From assembly GCA_951406725.2 (NCBI GenBank), contig OX597829.1, forward strand, positions 42,470,001-42,534,000: 64,000 nucleotides of DNA, written 5' to 3'. This DNA comes from Octopus vulgaris. Its lineage: Eukaryota. The notes beneath the pieces were generated by a model that ran no database searches, had not been told where the DNA came from, and was given only the letters and a program-made list of their open reading frames with translations. Shown piece by piece: positions 42,587 through 56,689 of this stretch; the first letter of the stretch is position 1, and every line of letters starts with the position of its first letter. The translations under genes and the position numbers were made by a program.

Positions 42587-43307
42587 CGAGAAATACGACA
42601 ATGATGCTGAATGTGAAAGGGGGCATATTGGTTTCAAATCATTGAAAAAAAAAAAAAAATCTTCTTAAAAGTGTTGAGAATTAATAATAAGTAAATATAT
42701 AGAAACAAAAACACAAAAAAACCCCAAAAACAAAAAAATAAACGAAATGAAATAAAAACAAATAAACGCGCATAAAATCTCTCACTATCTTTATCAATGT
42801 GTCAGTCTCGTAGCCAGGTTAACACTTAAAACTGTCTCCAAGAGGGTTTTTATCGGAGCATCTCTCGACTCTCTCGTATAGCATTTATTCTAAAACACTA
42901 TGCGAGTGATGATTTCTTGGTGATATATTTACTTACAGATCCAAGGCGCTGCCCCATTTTCTCACTTTCTTCACCTCATTTCGCTCCCACCTCACTCCAC
43001 TACTCTCTCTCTATCTCTATCTCTCTTTTTTTCCATCTCCCTCTCTTTTCTCGTTCTCATCTTTTCCCCCTATCCCTCTTCTTTCATAATGTGGGCGTAT
43101 GTGTAAACTTGCACATTAATGAGCATACATTTACTATATTTACACATACATACATGCATACATACATATACATGGGTAAGTATATGTGTATGTATGTATG
43201 TATGTATGTATGTATGTATGTATGTATGTATATGTATGCGTGTATGTATGTATGTATGTATGTATGTATGTATGTATGTATGTATGTCTGTATGTATGTA
43301 TGTATGC

Positions 43308-43340
<33 letters not shown>

Positions 43341-43862
43341 TGTATGTATGTATGCGTGTATGTATGTATGTATATGTATGCGTGTATGTATGTATGTATG
43401 TATGCATGCATGTATGTATGTATGTGTGTGTATGTATGTATGTATGTGTGTATGTATGTATGTATGCATGTATGTATGCATGTATGAATATGTAAGTATA
43501 TATGTATGTGTGTGTATGTATGTTTGTATGTATTTATGTATTTATGTATATATGTATACACACACAAACAGGAGTGTGTAAGAAGCTTGCTTTTTAACCA
43601 CATTGTTCCAGATTCAGTTCCACTGCATGACAAACTGGGTAGGTGTCTTCCACTATAACCTCGGGCCGACCAAAGCCTTGTGAGTGGACTAGGTAGACGG
43701 AAAATCAGCCGAAATTGCGAAGATGATCCGGTTTTTGACTGAAGATCGAAGGCTTCGAATGTCCCGTCCGTTTTTTTGTATCGTCTTCTAAATGTTTTGC
43801 GTTCTTGTCCCAGTTTGTGTTTTTTACATTTATCCTATATATATATATATATAAATATTTAT

Positions 43863-43923
<61 letters not shown>

Positions 43924-44600
43924 AGAGATCAGTATATATATATATATAAAAAGTTAATCCAAACATGTAAACACAAAAAGAAAACACAACAACGCGAGGA
44001 CGTTGAACAAGTATAGTGTTATTGGACGCTCAGGAAAGGAAGTAAAGAAGGAAAATATACATATACATATAAATAATATATAAATATATGCATATTTACA
44101 TACATATATGTACATACCTACATATATATGTATTTATGCATTCACATGTTGCTACAGGACAGCAAAAAAACGTAGACACAATGAGAAACGAAAAAACAAA
44201 AACATAGAAAACGAAACTTTTTTCGAACAACGAAAAAAAACCCCCAAAAAACCCAGAGAAACGAGACATGCAACTTAACGAACGTTCCCTTCATCAGTTG
44301 TCTCCTGTTTTACTACTCTGCGTTTTGAAGGCAAGGACAATAAGTGACTTCGTTAAAATAGTCCTTCCCGCAAAGCCAATTAAATAATATTTTGGGATAT
44401 TTTTTGCGGAGGGTGAAAGTGGTAACAAGAACAGGACAGTGATCATATCGATTCCCAGTACACATTGCTGCTTTATTTCATTACTAGCCACTTGACGAAC
44501 CACTCAGTCAAGGGTTATAAAGGGATGCAACAAATAGACAAAACGACGGACATACATGCACACATATACACTCCCATACATACAAACTCATGCGCCCACA

Positions 44601-44639
<39 letters not shown>

Positions 44640-45159
44640 TTGTATACACAATTTATATAATGATCACGTTGTATACACGATTTAATTTGAATTTAAATTC
44701 CGACTTCATCCTTTAGCCCACGGTGTCAGGACTGGCTAAAAGAGAAATTCGAATCAAGCTACTCTCTATGTCTCTCTGTATATATACTGTCGTGTGTGGG
44801 GAGATACAAAAACGAAGTATACATACATATGTATGTGTGTGTGTGCGCGTGTTTGTGTGTGTATGTGTGTGTGCGCGCGTGTTTGTGTGTGTATGTGTGT
44901 GTGCGCGCGTGTTTGTGTGTGTATGTGTGTGTGCGTGCGTGTTTGTGTGTGTATGTGTGTAAAACAGTCCTTTCCCATTCTTCCTATATATACATAATAC
45001 ATATATACATACATACATGCATGCATATACATAGTGCATACATACACATATATGTATCTTTTTAAATCCACAACCTTCTGTCTTTTTATATTTACTACGG
45101 ATTGCTTGAAGTTAACTTTCTTGCTATACCTCGATCCCTGGACCTTATATATATATATA

Positions 45160-45336
45160 TTAGCCACTACACATTCTTTATTTTCTCACCTTGTTTCTTT
45201 CAGTGTTCCTTTCTGTGGAAGAGCGTAGGCTCGAAACATTAAAAGCTTTTTCACTTCCTGAGCGTTAAACTAATACATCTGTTTGTTGTCTACACCACCT
45301 GTCTTTCGTCTTTTGTTTCTTTTGTGAATTCTCTCA
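45160..45336 (+). mobile_element. Short element of the CUGUNGA-A hammerhead-like family (motif 45209-45245)
   Basis: CTTT-CTGTGGA-A-GAGC-GTAG-GCTC-GAAA-CA-TT-AAAAG; (TA)n on both sides. Confidence 0.7.
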
Positions 45337-45479
45337 TATATATATATATAGCCGAAATTGCGAAGATGATCTGGTTCTTGACTGATGACTGAGAGCTTCG
45401 AAAGTCCCGTCTGTGTGTTTTTTTGCCGTCTTCAAAATGTTTCACGTTCTTGTCCCAGTTTGTGTTTTTTTAACGTTTA

Positions 45480-45575
<96 letters not shown>

Positions 45576-45718
45576 GTAAAAGCAATTAAGATTCAAGTGA
45601 GTTCTGTTGAATTCACATGGATGCGGTACTTAGATGCACCAGAAATCTATATGGTATTAACCATAAGATAATGCGGGGTGATTATACACAAGAAAAAAGC
45701 AATAAAAATGGATCAATA

Positions 45719-45808
45719 TTTCGGTACAATTGTTTCGTACGAAGGTCAGCTTTATTAAGGCTGCAAATATTGCAGCAAATGCAAGTGACCCGTACTCATC
45801 AACCGAAA
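45719..45808 (-). ncRNA. Type I hammerhead motif (C3U) with extended stem II, in a (TA)n-bounded segment ~45573-45960
   Basis: TTTCGG-TTGATGA-GTACG.GGTCA...TGACC.tt.CGTAC-GAAA-CAATTG-TA-CCGAAA; 6-bp stem I, palindromic stem III. Confidence 0.75.
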
Positions 45809-45960
45809 ATACATCTGAGTTCTCAAAACATCTAAGGGGGTGAGGCTACACTCCTGAAACATCAGGGATAGTTCTATAAAAATCAGATTTAGATAATAAA
45901 CGGACTTCCAAGTCCTTTAATGTTGCACAGTCATATAACAAGTTTTAAAAAAGTATTAAA

Positions 45961-45991
<31 letters not shown>

Positions 45992-47558
45992 ATTGAGATT
46001 CAGTAGAATTAAATGCTTAAATTGAAGCACCAAGGCAGTTCGATAAAGTCCACGCAGCAGCTCGAAGTTAGGTGACTAAAAAGCAAATAAGTAACAAAGA
46101 TACCTGGACATCCTTCTTACTTACATGCTACACACACACACATAGAGAGAGAGAGAGAGAGAGAGGGGGGAGAGCGGCAGAGAGTGTGATTATGGAGGGG
46201 ATGCGTGTGTGTGTGTGCGCGTAAATGTGTGTATTTCTCTGGGTGTAGATTTTGAACAGACATGGTGGAACGATGGGAAAGGCAACACCATGGCTTGGTG
46301 AAGCATATCACCAAGTTTGTTGAGATTAATTCTACCCCGTCCCCGTTCCGATACGCCGCCACGTCACCCTGTTCACTCTTCTTCTGTCGGATACATGAGA
46401 CTAAACAGAACTAGAGTGTTTGTAAATCAACAGGAAGTTATAGAATTTCTTTTAAATGAACCGCAGGGTGTTAAAGAATCAAAGAACAAAGCGAAAGAGC
46501 CGTCATTTCTGTTCTTTCCAAAGTGGCTAGTTGATAAACTGAGTGAGATAGAGACAGATTAGTTCACGAAGAAAAAAGAAAAGCAGGGGAGCTGTCGACC
46601 AATAATTAAAGAATTTGTGATGGGAGATAGTCTGGGAATTCTTAGTTTTTATTTCGCCTTTTTTGATATTTTGTTGTCTTCTTTTTGTATGTTTTTCTTT
46701 TTTTTGCTTTGCTTTATCCATTTATCACCCACCACTTTCTTCGCAAAATGTTTCACTTAAAGACGTCCGCATTATAAGTTAATTCTTTGGTTGAAAGAAT
46801 CAAAAAAGATTAGTTTAAGATATCCTGAAGGTGGTATCAACGAATAGATTATATGTTTGTTTTTGTTTTTATTTTATTTATTTTATTCTATTTCTTGTAA
46901 TATTGAAGAATGTCCTCGTTTTATCTTGTGATGTGAAATAGTTCTTTAGATTCCTCTGTATAACTTACTAGCAGTTATACCAAAATAAACCTGATGTGTT
47001 TTAGAGTAAAATGTTGATAACGGTAGGTAAATCCACATTTTTATAATTAACCCTATGTACATTTTTTAATTGTTGGTACGTGATCTGTCTAATTTCATGA
47101 AATAATTTGAATATAATATTTCTATAAAATATTTGGAAATATATTATTTGCTCTATGTTTGCAATTTTCGAATGAAGTTCAGAAAGGTTTCATGTTTATA
47201 CTCAAACGAAAATTATACTTGAAAATTCAATGTAAATAAACAGGATTCTCTCGATGACACTTGGAAAGAAATAAAGCCGAACAAATCTTGGTTTGGGCAT
47301 TGATAAACTATAGAGAGTAGCTGAGCTACATTTAATGAGCAGAATGATACACAGTATGGCTTTTGGAAGAGTCTAAGGTGGATAATACATCCACAATGAG
47401 CTGCTTGCAGAGTAATGGTTAAACTATGACAGAGGTGCAGGCGTGGCTGTGTGATAAAATGCTTTCTTTTCAACCACATGGTTTCAGGTTCAGCCCTTCT
47501 TCGTGGCACCTTGAACAAGGGTCAAAGTTGGTAACAAAAACAGGACTGTATACATACA

Positions 47559-47594
<36 letters not shown>

Positions 47595-47680
47595 TATATA
47601 TATTTATATATATATTGTTTATGTTTTCCAGTTTCAACTCTTTAGCTGTGGCCATGCTGGGGCACCGCCATTATATGTAG

Positions 47681-47838
47681 AATGTTTACAATTATTTATC
47701 TTCTTCTTCCTCTTCTTCAGGTCAATGCCTGGAATCGAACTCAGAATCTTGGGGTTAGTAGCCCGCGCTCTTAATCACTACGCCATATGCCCGAGTTCGA
47801 TTCCAGGCAGTGACCTGAATAATAATCATAATATTAAT

Positions 47839-47874
<36 letters not shown>

Positions 47875-48020
47875 AATAATAATAACAACATGGAAAAAAT
47901 ACCTTAGGAATGAGAACACAGGTTCGAAATTTCCCCAAGACACCTGATGAAACAGCCGAAACATTGTGTTAACAACAACTAAGATGAGGACAAATATCCG
48001 TCAATTGTAAACAATGTAAA
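47681..48020. mobile_element. Fold-back element: tRNA-like head (minus, 47726-47792) plus + strand arm with T-arm/B-box, (AAC)n and a hammerhead remnant (47940-47969)
   Basis: Minus: gggcatatggcgtagtgattaagagcgcgggctactaaccccaagattctgagttcgattccaggca; inverted repeat 47716-47742 / 47793-47819; ACAC-CTGATGA-aacagcc-GAAA-ca-TT-GTGT. Confidence 0.6.
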
Positions 48021-48280
48021 ATATTAAATATTAATCTTTACCAGTGGCCAGCATGAGTAAAAATGTCCGTATACAGCAAATATTATTATATTATATGTTT
48101 GTATAAGAATTATACACGATTTAAATATTTTAATTCTAAGAGTCAGATAATTCACTTTTGCCGCGTTGTTTGTGGGACATTTGAATTGAATTCCTCGATA
48201 TATAAAGATGTAAACTCAATATGCAGTGTATCATGTCTGATACGGTATGTATTGAGTTTTATAATTATATATCCATAGCA

Positions 48281-48375
48281 ATTCTCGTTGATGAGCCATA
48301 GATGGTTTAATGCATTAATTAATTAATTAATTAGTTTATTAAATCGTTAAGGGCGAAACTTCGAAGTACAGGAAT
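48281..48375 (+). ncRNA. Type I hammerhead motif (C3U) with long AT-rich stem II
   Basis: attctcg-TTGATGA-GCC..gatggtttaat..attaaatcgtt..GGC-GAAA-CTTCGAAG-TA-caggaat; palindromic stem III. Confidence 0.7.
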
Positions 48376-48492
48376 GACTAATTATTTTTGCATTGTGTAA
48401 AATTTTCCTACAGGCATTCATTCAACATGCTAAAATGCGGGTTGGAAAACCACTTAGTGGCTTTTCCTTTCATGTATAATTTTTAGACACAC

Positions 48493-48616
<124 letters not shown>

Positions 48617-48791
48617 GTTTAAATATTTGTTGTGCAAGATTTTTTATGTGAAGTCGTGTGTTGAAACAGATATTGTTATATTTCGGAATGGTCATATTGC
48701 CAGTTTAGCCAATAAAAACACACGCACTATATATTTGGTGTTATTTTGCTTCAGTGATATTTATTTTTTACATTAATCTTAATCTTATTTC

Positions 48792-48836
48792 GGCCAAAGT
48801 TCTTTCGTCACACTCCTGTGACCGCATCAGTGGTCC
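48792..48836 (-). ncRNA. Minimal hammerhead-like motif in Penelope 2 left arm
   Basis: Reverse complement of 52196-52240. Confidence 0.6.
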
Positions 48837-49353
48837 TTTGTTTTCTTCTCACTTACTTGTGTCTCTCCTTACTAACCGTCAGCCATTTTGTATTTCTATT
48901 GTATGTCTTCATTTGCGCATGCTTATATCTCTATGTGCGTCTATGTTTATTTAGTGTGTGGGGGGGATGTCTGTAATATTTGTATCTTCTGGTTATATAC
49001 ATTCTTGTAATTTGTATTTTGTTTTTGTTGTTGTTGCTTTTGTTCTAATTTTGTTCATGTGTTTACATCCACCCATTATTATCATTACATATGCTTGTAT
49101 GTATGTATAACAACAATATTAGTAATAATAATAATAAATCTAATCGAGAAAAAAAAAAAAAAAAAAAAGAATATACATATACATATATATATATATATAC
49201 ATACACATACATATACATATATATATATACATATATACACACATATATACACATATACATATACATATATATACACATATACATACACATAGATATTCAT
49301 TTCTATTTCTTTAATTACCTGTGTATTTATTATGTTTGCAGGATCCACTATTG

Positions 49354-51708
49354 TCATATGTTGTGGTGTGCGCTATTGCTCCATTCTAGTTTTCTATTCA
49401 GGCTAGGTTTATTTTCTATTATATGTGTAGCTTCTGTAATTTGTCTAATTGTTGCATCTGTTCTATGTGTGGACAATATCTTAATCTCTATGTTATTGAT
49501 TGATCCCCCGTGTTCTTGTTCGGCGTGTTGGTACAGAATCGATGAGCTTTTACCTTCCTTGAGTTGTCTCCAATGTTCATTCACCCGCTCACCAATGCTT
49601 CTTGCAGTTTCCCCTACGTATGTTACTGTCTTGTTACTGCATCGTCCCTCTATACATCTTATACTATAGACCACATTTCTGGCTTTACAGTTCGTTTGTG
49701 GGCTAAATCTACATACAGTGCAATAGTTATCCGTACAGAGAGTTCTACTAAAAGGATAGGTTCTACCAATTATAGATCTGATAGGGTTGCCTGGCTTTTC
49801 AACAACCTTAATTCTTAGTTTAAGTTTATCTAGGGTCCTTCTAAAGCGGTACGCTAGTTCACCTCCAGGGGTGGTGTCAACGAACATGACACTCTGGTAT
49901 TTATGGCTATCATACCAAGAGTTGGCCTTCCTTATTTTCTTTTTTGTCCTTTCTATAGTGTTCCATGACTTGTTCCTATAGAGTGGGCAAATCCCATTCC
50001 TATCATTACATAATATATTATCAAATTTCTTCATGGCTCCTTTGTATACTCTGATCCTTTCTTTATGGCTGTAACCTGAGAACTGCATGCGGTGAATGAA
50101 ATACTGTATGTGTCTCTTTAATTCTGTAGGCTCGCACATGCGTGACACATTTCTCATTATTCTGACGAGGTCTGCCATCAAAATATTGAATTTGGCATTG
50201 CCCGCAATGGCTGAGTTCCGGTGGATCAGGTATTTTGAGGCCATAGGTTTTGCATAGTATGAATGAAGGATTTGGGTTTGGGTTTTATTTTTCACAATTT
50301 CTAGCCAGAGTTCAGTGTCTAGTACTGGTAGTCTATGGTTGGGGTGTTTAGTGGGGTAGTCTATTGTGACCTTAATACTCTGGTGGATGGAGTTAGCTAT
50401 TTGCTGGATGCTCTCCATAGTATTAGTTTCTATTACTATATCAACCGTACTCTCTTGTGGGGGTGCCTTTACTACTATATTGATATCATCAACATAGCGA
50501 GAGTACATGTTTACGAGTATGGATTTCTGCAGTAGGCATTCTTTAAGCCTTCTGTCCCACCATACCATGAAGAGGTTGGCCACATCACCAGCGATACTAA
50601 CACCGATGGCTGCCCCCTCGTCCTGGGCATATATTTTATTATTAAATTTAAATGTGTGGCCTTTTAGGGTAACTCTTATACTAGCTCCTAGTGCATGTGC
50701 GATCATTTTCTTTACCTGATGGACATTTGCGGGGCTCCGTATGGCTCTGGTCCATCCGCGCCATCTTTCTATATGTGTCTTCCTAGCCATAGAAGTAATT
50801 GTAGGCGGTCTACCTCTTAAACATCTACTGGGGCAGAAACTACTAAGATTATGTTTATCTAAGTATTCACTATTATATGTCAGTCTAAGTAGGAGGCCCA
50901 GTTCTTCTGTGTCGACATTACAGAACTCCACCTGGCTCTCGTTGATCATCTCCACGCACTTCTCCACTGCAAAATCTACGTCAATCGATGGGTATAGGGA
51001 TACCACATCCATGCTACCTACTATACATCCTGTCAAGTCACAAGTTTTGTTACAGTCACTGATCCTGCTTAGGAGATCTTCTGTGCTGTCACATACATCA
51101 GGTGACATCCTGATTATAGGGCGTATGATCATTGAGAGGAAGTAGGAGATTCTGTAATTGCTAGCGATATTCGCTCCACAGACTGGTCTTGTTGGTGGTC
51201 CTGCTATAGGGTCAGTAAAACCTTTATGGTCCTTGCGAAGTCCATACAGTGCCGGGATATCATTGTTCCAGGCTTGGAAATTCTTTGCAGTACGTTTCTG
51301 AGGTCCCAGAACAATTGTCCACATCATCATGTGGGCATTGAGGACCTTTTCTCTCTCCTCATGCGCCTGTACAGTTGTTACTTTTGTATTGGCGATATGA
51401 GGTTGCATTGCCTGGATGTAGTTCGGTAAGCTGTCTATTGACATCCTGCCTGACTTATCCGTGGGAAGGCATATCACCTCTCCGTTCCTCGTGCGCTGAA
51501 TGAGCTTCTGTAGGCCACATGCAGGTTTAATCCCTAGTTGTTGGGCATCTGTCTTATTCTGTCTCTGTCTCTTAATGTATAAACCTAAAATCTGTCTAAG
51601 TTTGGTCCTAGCTATAGTGAACTGTGCTTCCATGTGGTCATTAGTACGTCTTGGGATGTATACCCTTTTGTATGACAATAGTGGATCCTGCAAACATAAT
51701 AAATACAC
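49354..51708 (-). CDS. Penelope-like RT + GIY-YIG endonuclease (true coding from ~51670; 5' truncated by inversion)
   Basis: [62 protein letters not shown]; Cys linker [10 protein letters not shown]; [24 protein letters not shown]; no internal stops. Confidence 0.93.
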   Translation of the reverse strand: MYLLCLQDPLLSYKRVYIPRRTNDHMEAQFTIARTKLRQILGLYIKRQRQNKTDAQQLGIKPACGLQKLIQRTRNGEVICLPTDKSGRMSIDSLPNYIQAMQPHIANTKVTTVQAHEEREKVLNAHMMMWTIVLGPQKRTAKNFQAWNNDIPALYGLRKDHKGFTDPIAGPPTRPVCGANIASNYRISYFLSMIIRPIIRMSPDVCDSTEDLLSRISDCNKTCDLTGCIVGSMDVVSLYPSIDVDFAVEKCVEMINESQVEFCNVDTEELGLLLRLTYNSEYLDKHNLSSFCPSRCLRGRPPTITSMARKTHIERWRGWTRAIRSPANVHQVKKMIAHALGASIRVTLKGHTFKFNNKIYAQDEGAAIGVSIAGDVANLFMVWWDRRLKECLLQKSILVNMYSRYVDDINIVVKAPPQESTVDIVIETNTMESIQQIANSIHQSIKVTIDYPTKHPNHRLPVLDTELWLEIVKNKTQTQILHSYYAKPMASKYLIHRNSAIAGNAKFNILMADLVRIMRNVSRMCEPTELKRHIQYFIHRMQFSGYSHKERIRVYKGAMKKFDNILCNDRNGICPLYRNKSWNTIERTKKKIRKANSWYDSHKYQSVMFVDTTPGGELAYRFRRTLDKLKLRIKVVEKPGNPIRSIIGRTYPFSRTLCTDNYCTVCRFSPQTNCKARNVVYSIRCIEGRCSNKTVTYVGETARSIGERVNEHWRQLKEGKSSSILYQHAEQEHGGSINNIEIKILSTHRTDATIRQITEATHIIENKPSLNRKLEWSNSAHHNI

Positions 51709-52195
51709 AGGTAATTAAAGAAATAGAAATGAATATCTATGTGTATGTATATGTGTATATATATGTATATGTATATGTGTATATATGTGTGTATATATGT
51801 ATATATATATATGTATATGTATGTGTATGTATATATATATATATATGTATATGTATATTCTTTTTTTTTTTTTTTTTTTTTTCTCGATTAGATTTATTAT
51901 TATTATTACTAATATTGTTGTTATACATACATACAAGCATATGTAATGATAATAATGGGTGGATGTAAACACATGAACAAAATTAGAACAAAAGCAACAA
52001 CAACAAAAACAAAATACAAATTACAAGAATGTATATAACCAGAAGATACAAATATTACAGACATCCCCCCCCACACACTAAATAAACATAGACGCACATA
52101 GAGATATAAGCATGCGCAAATGAAGACATACAATAGAAATACAAAATGGCTGACGGTTAGTAAGGAGAGACACAAGTAAGTGAGAAGAAAACAAA

Positions 52196-52240
52196 GGACC
52201 ACTGATGCGGTCACAGGAGTGTGACGAAAGAACTTTGGCC
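52196..52240 (+). ncRNA. Minimal hammerhead-like motif in Penelope 2 right arm
   Basis: GGACCA-CTGATGCG-GTCAC-aggagt-GTGAC-GAAA-GAAC-TT-TGGCC; non-canonical position 9 plus one extra nucleotide. Confidence 0.6.
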
Positions 52241-52415
52241 GAAATAAGATTAAGATTAATGTAAAAAATAAATATCACTGAAGCAAAATAACACCAAATA
52301 TATAGTGCGTGTGTTTTTATTGGCTAAACTGGCAATATGACCATTCCGAAATATAACAATATCTGTTTCAACACACGACTTCACATAAAAAATCTTGCAC
52401 AACAAATATTTAAAC

Positions 52416-52551
<136 letters not shown>

Positions 52552-52562
52552 ATATATATATG

Positions 52563-52890
52563 CGGTGAGGGCGCGTGGCTTAGTGGTTAGGGCATTCGGC
52601 TCATGATCGTAAGGTTGTGAGTTCGATTCCCGGCGACGCGTTGTGTCCTTGAGCAAGACACTTTATTTCACGTTGCTCCAGTCCACTCAGCTGGCAAAAA
52701 TGAGTTGTACTTGTATTTCAAAGGGTCAGCCTTGTCACTCTCTGTGTCACGCTGATTATCCCCGAGAACTACGTTAAGGGTACACGTGTCTGTGGAATGC
52801 TCAGCCTTTTGCACGTTAATTTCACGAGCAAGCTGTTCCGTTGATCGTATCAGCTGGGACCCTCGTCGTCGTAACCGGCGGAGTCTTTTA
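52563..52890 (+). mobile_element. tRNA-derived SINE (family C-like head)
   Basis: A box tggcttagtgg, B box gagttcgattccc, gtgtccttgagcaagacacttt domain. Confidence 0.75.
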
Positions 52891-53633
52891 AAAATATATA
52901 TATATGCATACAGACATACACGCACACACTCTCACACACTATGTATATGAATTTTCCCCCTCACATCACTGTACATAAACTTTACTAACATTCTCATATT
53001 CATTCCTTTACTGTTAATAAAGCTTTTAAATGAATGTTAACCCTTTGTAAAAAAAATTATTACCTCCATGGCTGGATGTCTGTAACATCCCAACTAGAAC
53101 TTCATGGTGTTATAAAATATTACTTTAGTTCCACCCCACTAATTAAATACGTTTCAAGATTAATATATTTGTAGGGCGGCGCGCTGGCGGAAACGTTGTC
53201 ACTCCGAGATCTTTTCAATCTCAGTCACAGATTTTTTTAATCAAATTTTATTTTTAACTAAACAGTTTGAAACTTCGGATACTGGTTGAATGTGTCACTT
53301 AGAACACGGTTTACTCTTAACGTTTTTGACAAAATGTTATATTTCAGATTATTTCGTGTTAAAGTTGCCGTATTTTGGGAAATTTTAACCAATCAATGAC
53401 GTGAATCCAGCTGATGAAAGTTAGTGCTGTTTGTGAAAGTAATGGAAGAGCAACATCCGGGTCATCGGGTCATCGGGTCATCGGGTCGTCTGATTTTATA
53501 CACCCACATGCAACTTTTAGAACGCTGAGGAAAGGTAAGTGAGGTGGGTGTGAGGAATACATAGCTTTAAGGAGGGAGGGGGATTGTGATGTTGACAACA
53601 GTTGTTCATGCAACGTTTCTGTTGTCCATCACA

Positions 53634-53700
<67 letters not shown>

Positions 53701-53879
53701 TCATATGTAAAGCTGATAAAACCCCGAATGGAAGCAAGGAAAAGGAGGGGGGTTTAATAAATTAATGTGCAGTGGTAGGGGGATGGTAAGTTTATAGAAG
53801 GTGTCGTTCAGATCGTCAACACACCACCACACTCTCCGTTCCCTCTCTCTTCTCTCTCTCTCTCTCTCTCTCTCTCCAC

Positions 53880-53917
<38 letters not shown>

Positions 53918-54464
53918 TCTCTACGATTTGTCAGGTTAAAAAAAAATCAGGCGCAATCACTGAACGAGTTGACTGAAATCAAAGGTTAAAACATGTATAT
54001 TTGTGTGTATGTACATGTATGTAAGTATGTAGGTATGTATGTATATTTGTATGCATGCATGTATGTATGTATGTATGTATGTATGTATGTATGTATGTAT
54101 GTATGTATGTATGTATGTATGTATGTATGCATGCATGTATGTATGTATGTATGTATGTATGTATGTATGTATGCATGCATGTATGCGTGCATGTGTGTAT
54201 GTATGTATGCATGTATGCATGTATGTATGTATGTTAGTGTGCATGCATGTATGCGTGCATGCATGTATGCGTACATGTATGTATGTATGTATGTATGTAT
54301 GTATGTATGTATGTATGTATGTGTATGTGTGCATATGTATGTGCATGTATGCATGTATGTATGTATGTATGCATGCATGTATGTATGTGTGTGTGTGAGA
54401 GAAAATGTGAGAATCTTTATAGTTGCTTGACCTGCTTGAAATAACAGCCAAATCTCTCTTTATC

Positions 54465-54747
54465 TTCCGAGTTCAAGTTCCGCCGCGGTCGACTTTGCCT
54501 TTCATCCTTTCGGGGTCGATAAATTAAATACCTATTTCTTTATTACCCACAAGGGGCTAAACACAGAGGGGACAAACAAGGACAGACATAGGTATTAAGT
54601 CGATTACATCGACCCCAGTGCGTAACTGGTACTTAATTTATCGACCCCGAAAGGATGAAAGGCAAAGTCGACCTCGGCGGAATTTGAACTCACAACTAAC
54701 GGCAGACGAAATACCGCTAAGCATTTCGCCCGGCGTGCTAACGTTTC
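54465..54747. mobile_element. Tail-to-tail family B SINE pieces (+ 54465-54528; - 54533-54747)
   Basis: Matches family B. Confidence 0.75.
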
Positions 54748-55185
54748 TGGGGATCAATCAAATCGACTGGCCTCGCCCGCCAAAAAGATTTCGGGCCTTG
54801 TGCCTACAGAAGAAAAGAATATTAATATATTTGTTATACATTCATCGCCATGTTTTATTGACTCTTTATTTTTATCATGCTTTATTTTTACATCTGTTCT
54901 AATAAACTAACATGATTTTTAAAAATGCTTTTCTTTAATCTTCAATTATATTCACTTTAAAATAGTTTTTCGCTCAATTGCTTTTAATTACCACAAAATA
55001 CAAGGAATTCAAACACATTCACTATGCCCCCCTCCTCCCACCCAAACAAAAACAAACTCCCAGAAAGTAGCCTTTATGTGGTTGTCTGACATGTTAGAAG
55101 TAGAAACCAAATCAAACTCACAGTCACACTTGTGAACTTACAAAAAAAAAAAAAATGCTCGTTAAAAGAAAACAAAACGTGTCGT

Positions 55186-55605
55186 AGGCACAGGAGTGGC
55201 TGTGTGGTAAGTAGCTTGCTAACCAACCACATGGTTCCGGGTTCAGTCCCACTGTTTGGCACCTTGGGCAAGTGTCTTCTGCTATAGCCCCGGGCCGACC
55301 AATGCCTTGTGAGTGGATTTGGTAGACGGAAACTGAAAGAAGCCTGTCGTATATATGTATATATATATATATATATATGTGTATGTGTGTATGTTTGTGT
55401 GTCTGTGTTTGTCCCCCTAGCATTGCTTGACAACCGATGCTGGTGTGTTTATGTCCCCGTTACTTAGCGGTTCGGCAAAAGAGACCGATAGAATAAGTAC
55501 TGGGCTTACAAAAGAATAAGTCCCGCCGGGGTCGAGTTGCTCGATTGAAGGCGGTGCACCAGCATGGCCGCAGTCAAATGACTGAAACAAGTAAAAGAGA
55601 GTAAA
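55186..55605 (+). mobile_element. Family A SINE, full length
   Basis: Matches family consensus. Confidence 0.85.
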
Positions 55606-56204
55606 TGTCTTTCACCGTAAGCTTAGATAGTTTCTGTTCGCGATAACCAGTAGCGATGATAACAACAACAACAACAACAACAACAGCGGCAACAACAATA
55701 ATGTCAACATATACTTAAACACATGAATGATATATAAATTTTATTTATCTATTTATTTATTTATTTATTTATTTATTTATTGCCGGCCAATTATACGCCA
55801 CTACACCTAAACAGGACGGAAGGCGGAGTACTTCCACGCTTCACTGCACACCATCACGCCGCGGCTATCTAGATAGACTCTTGTTATATTTATAATGCAG
55901 TCTTGGTTTGGTGTAAAACCCCCCTTTTGATGTTGTAAGAAAATCAAATGGCCCGGCGAATTCATTCTACCGTGACCAAAACCGTAACAAAGAATTTTTT
56001 TTTTTTTTCATTTGCTGTTAATAAACGTCTTCAACAGTTTTTATGACTTTCATACCTCCCACTCGATTTTTAGCATTAAGCTCTCTTCTTCTTCTTCTAC
56101 TTCATCGTCTTATAAATCTCGTTTATTCTCTCTTTTAAAAGAAAACTTCTCGTGTGATACTCTCGTTTTCTTGACTGTTGTATGAACGCATTGTATCATT
56201 CCAT

Positions 56205-56250
<46 letters not shown>

Positions 56251-56252
<2 letters not shown>

Positions 56253-56478
56253 TTCTTTACTACCCACAAGGGGCTAAACATAGAGGGGACAAACAAGGAC
56301 AGACAAAGGTATTAAGTCGATTATATCGACCCCAGTGCGTAACTGGCACTTTATTTATCGACCCTGAAAGGATGAAAGGCAAAGTCGACCTCGGCAGAAT
56401 TTGAACTCAGAACGTAACGGCATACGAAATACGGCTACGCATTTCGCCCGGCGTGCTAACGTTTCTGCCAGCTCACCG
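56251..56478 (-). mobile_element. Family B SINE
   Basis: Matches family consensus. Confidence 0.85.
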
Positions 56479-56484
56479 CATTCG

Positions 56485-56590
<106 letters not shown>

Positions 56591-56689
56591 ATATATATGC
56601 ACATGTGCGTGCGTGTATGCGTGTGTATGTATGTATATGTATAGATTTACAAATATACATATATATTTACATATACATATATTTCTCTC

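Noticed and set aside
42066-42668. Poly-His/poly-Asp ORFs
   Set aside because: (GAT)n/(GAC)n microsatellite with no flanking coding context.
47726-47792. Functional tRNA gene
   Set aside because: No proper acceptor-stem pairing; continues into repeat body, so treated as a SINE-type head. The same applies to other SINE heads.
53455-53490. (TCATCGGG)x3-4 repeat as CRISPR or telomere-like array
   Set aside because: Short 8-bp tandem repeat without spacers in eukaryotic context.
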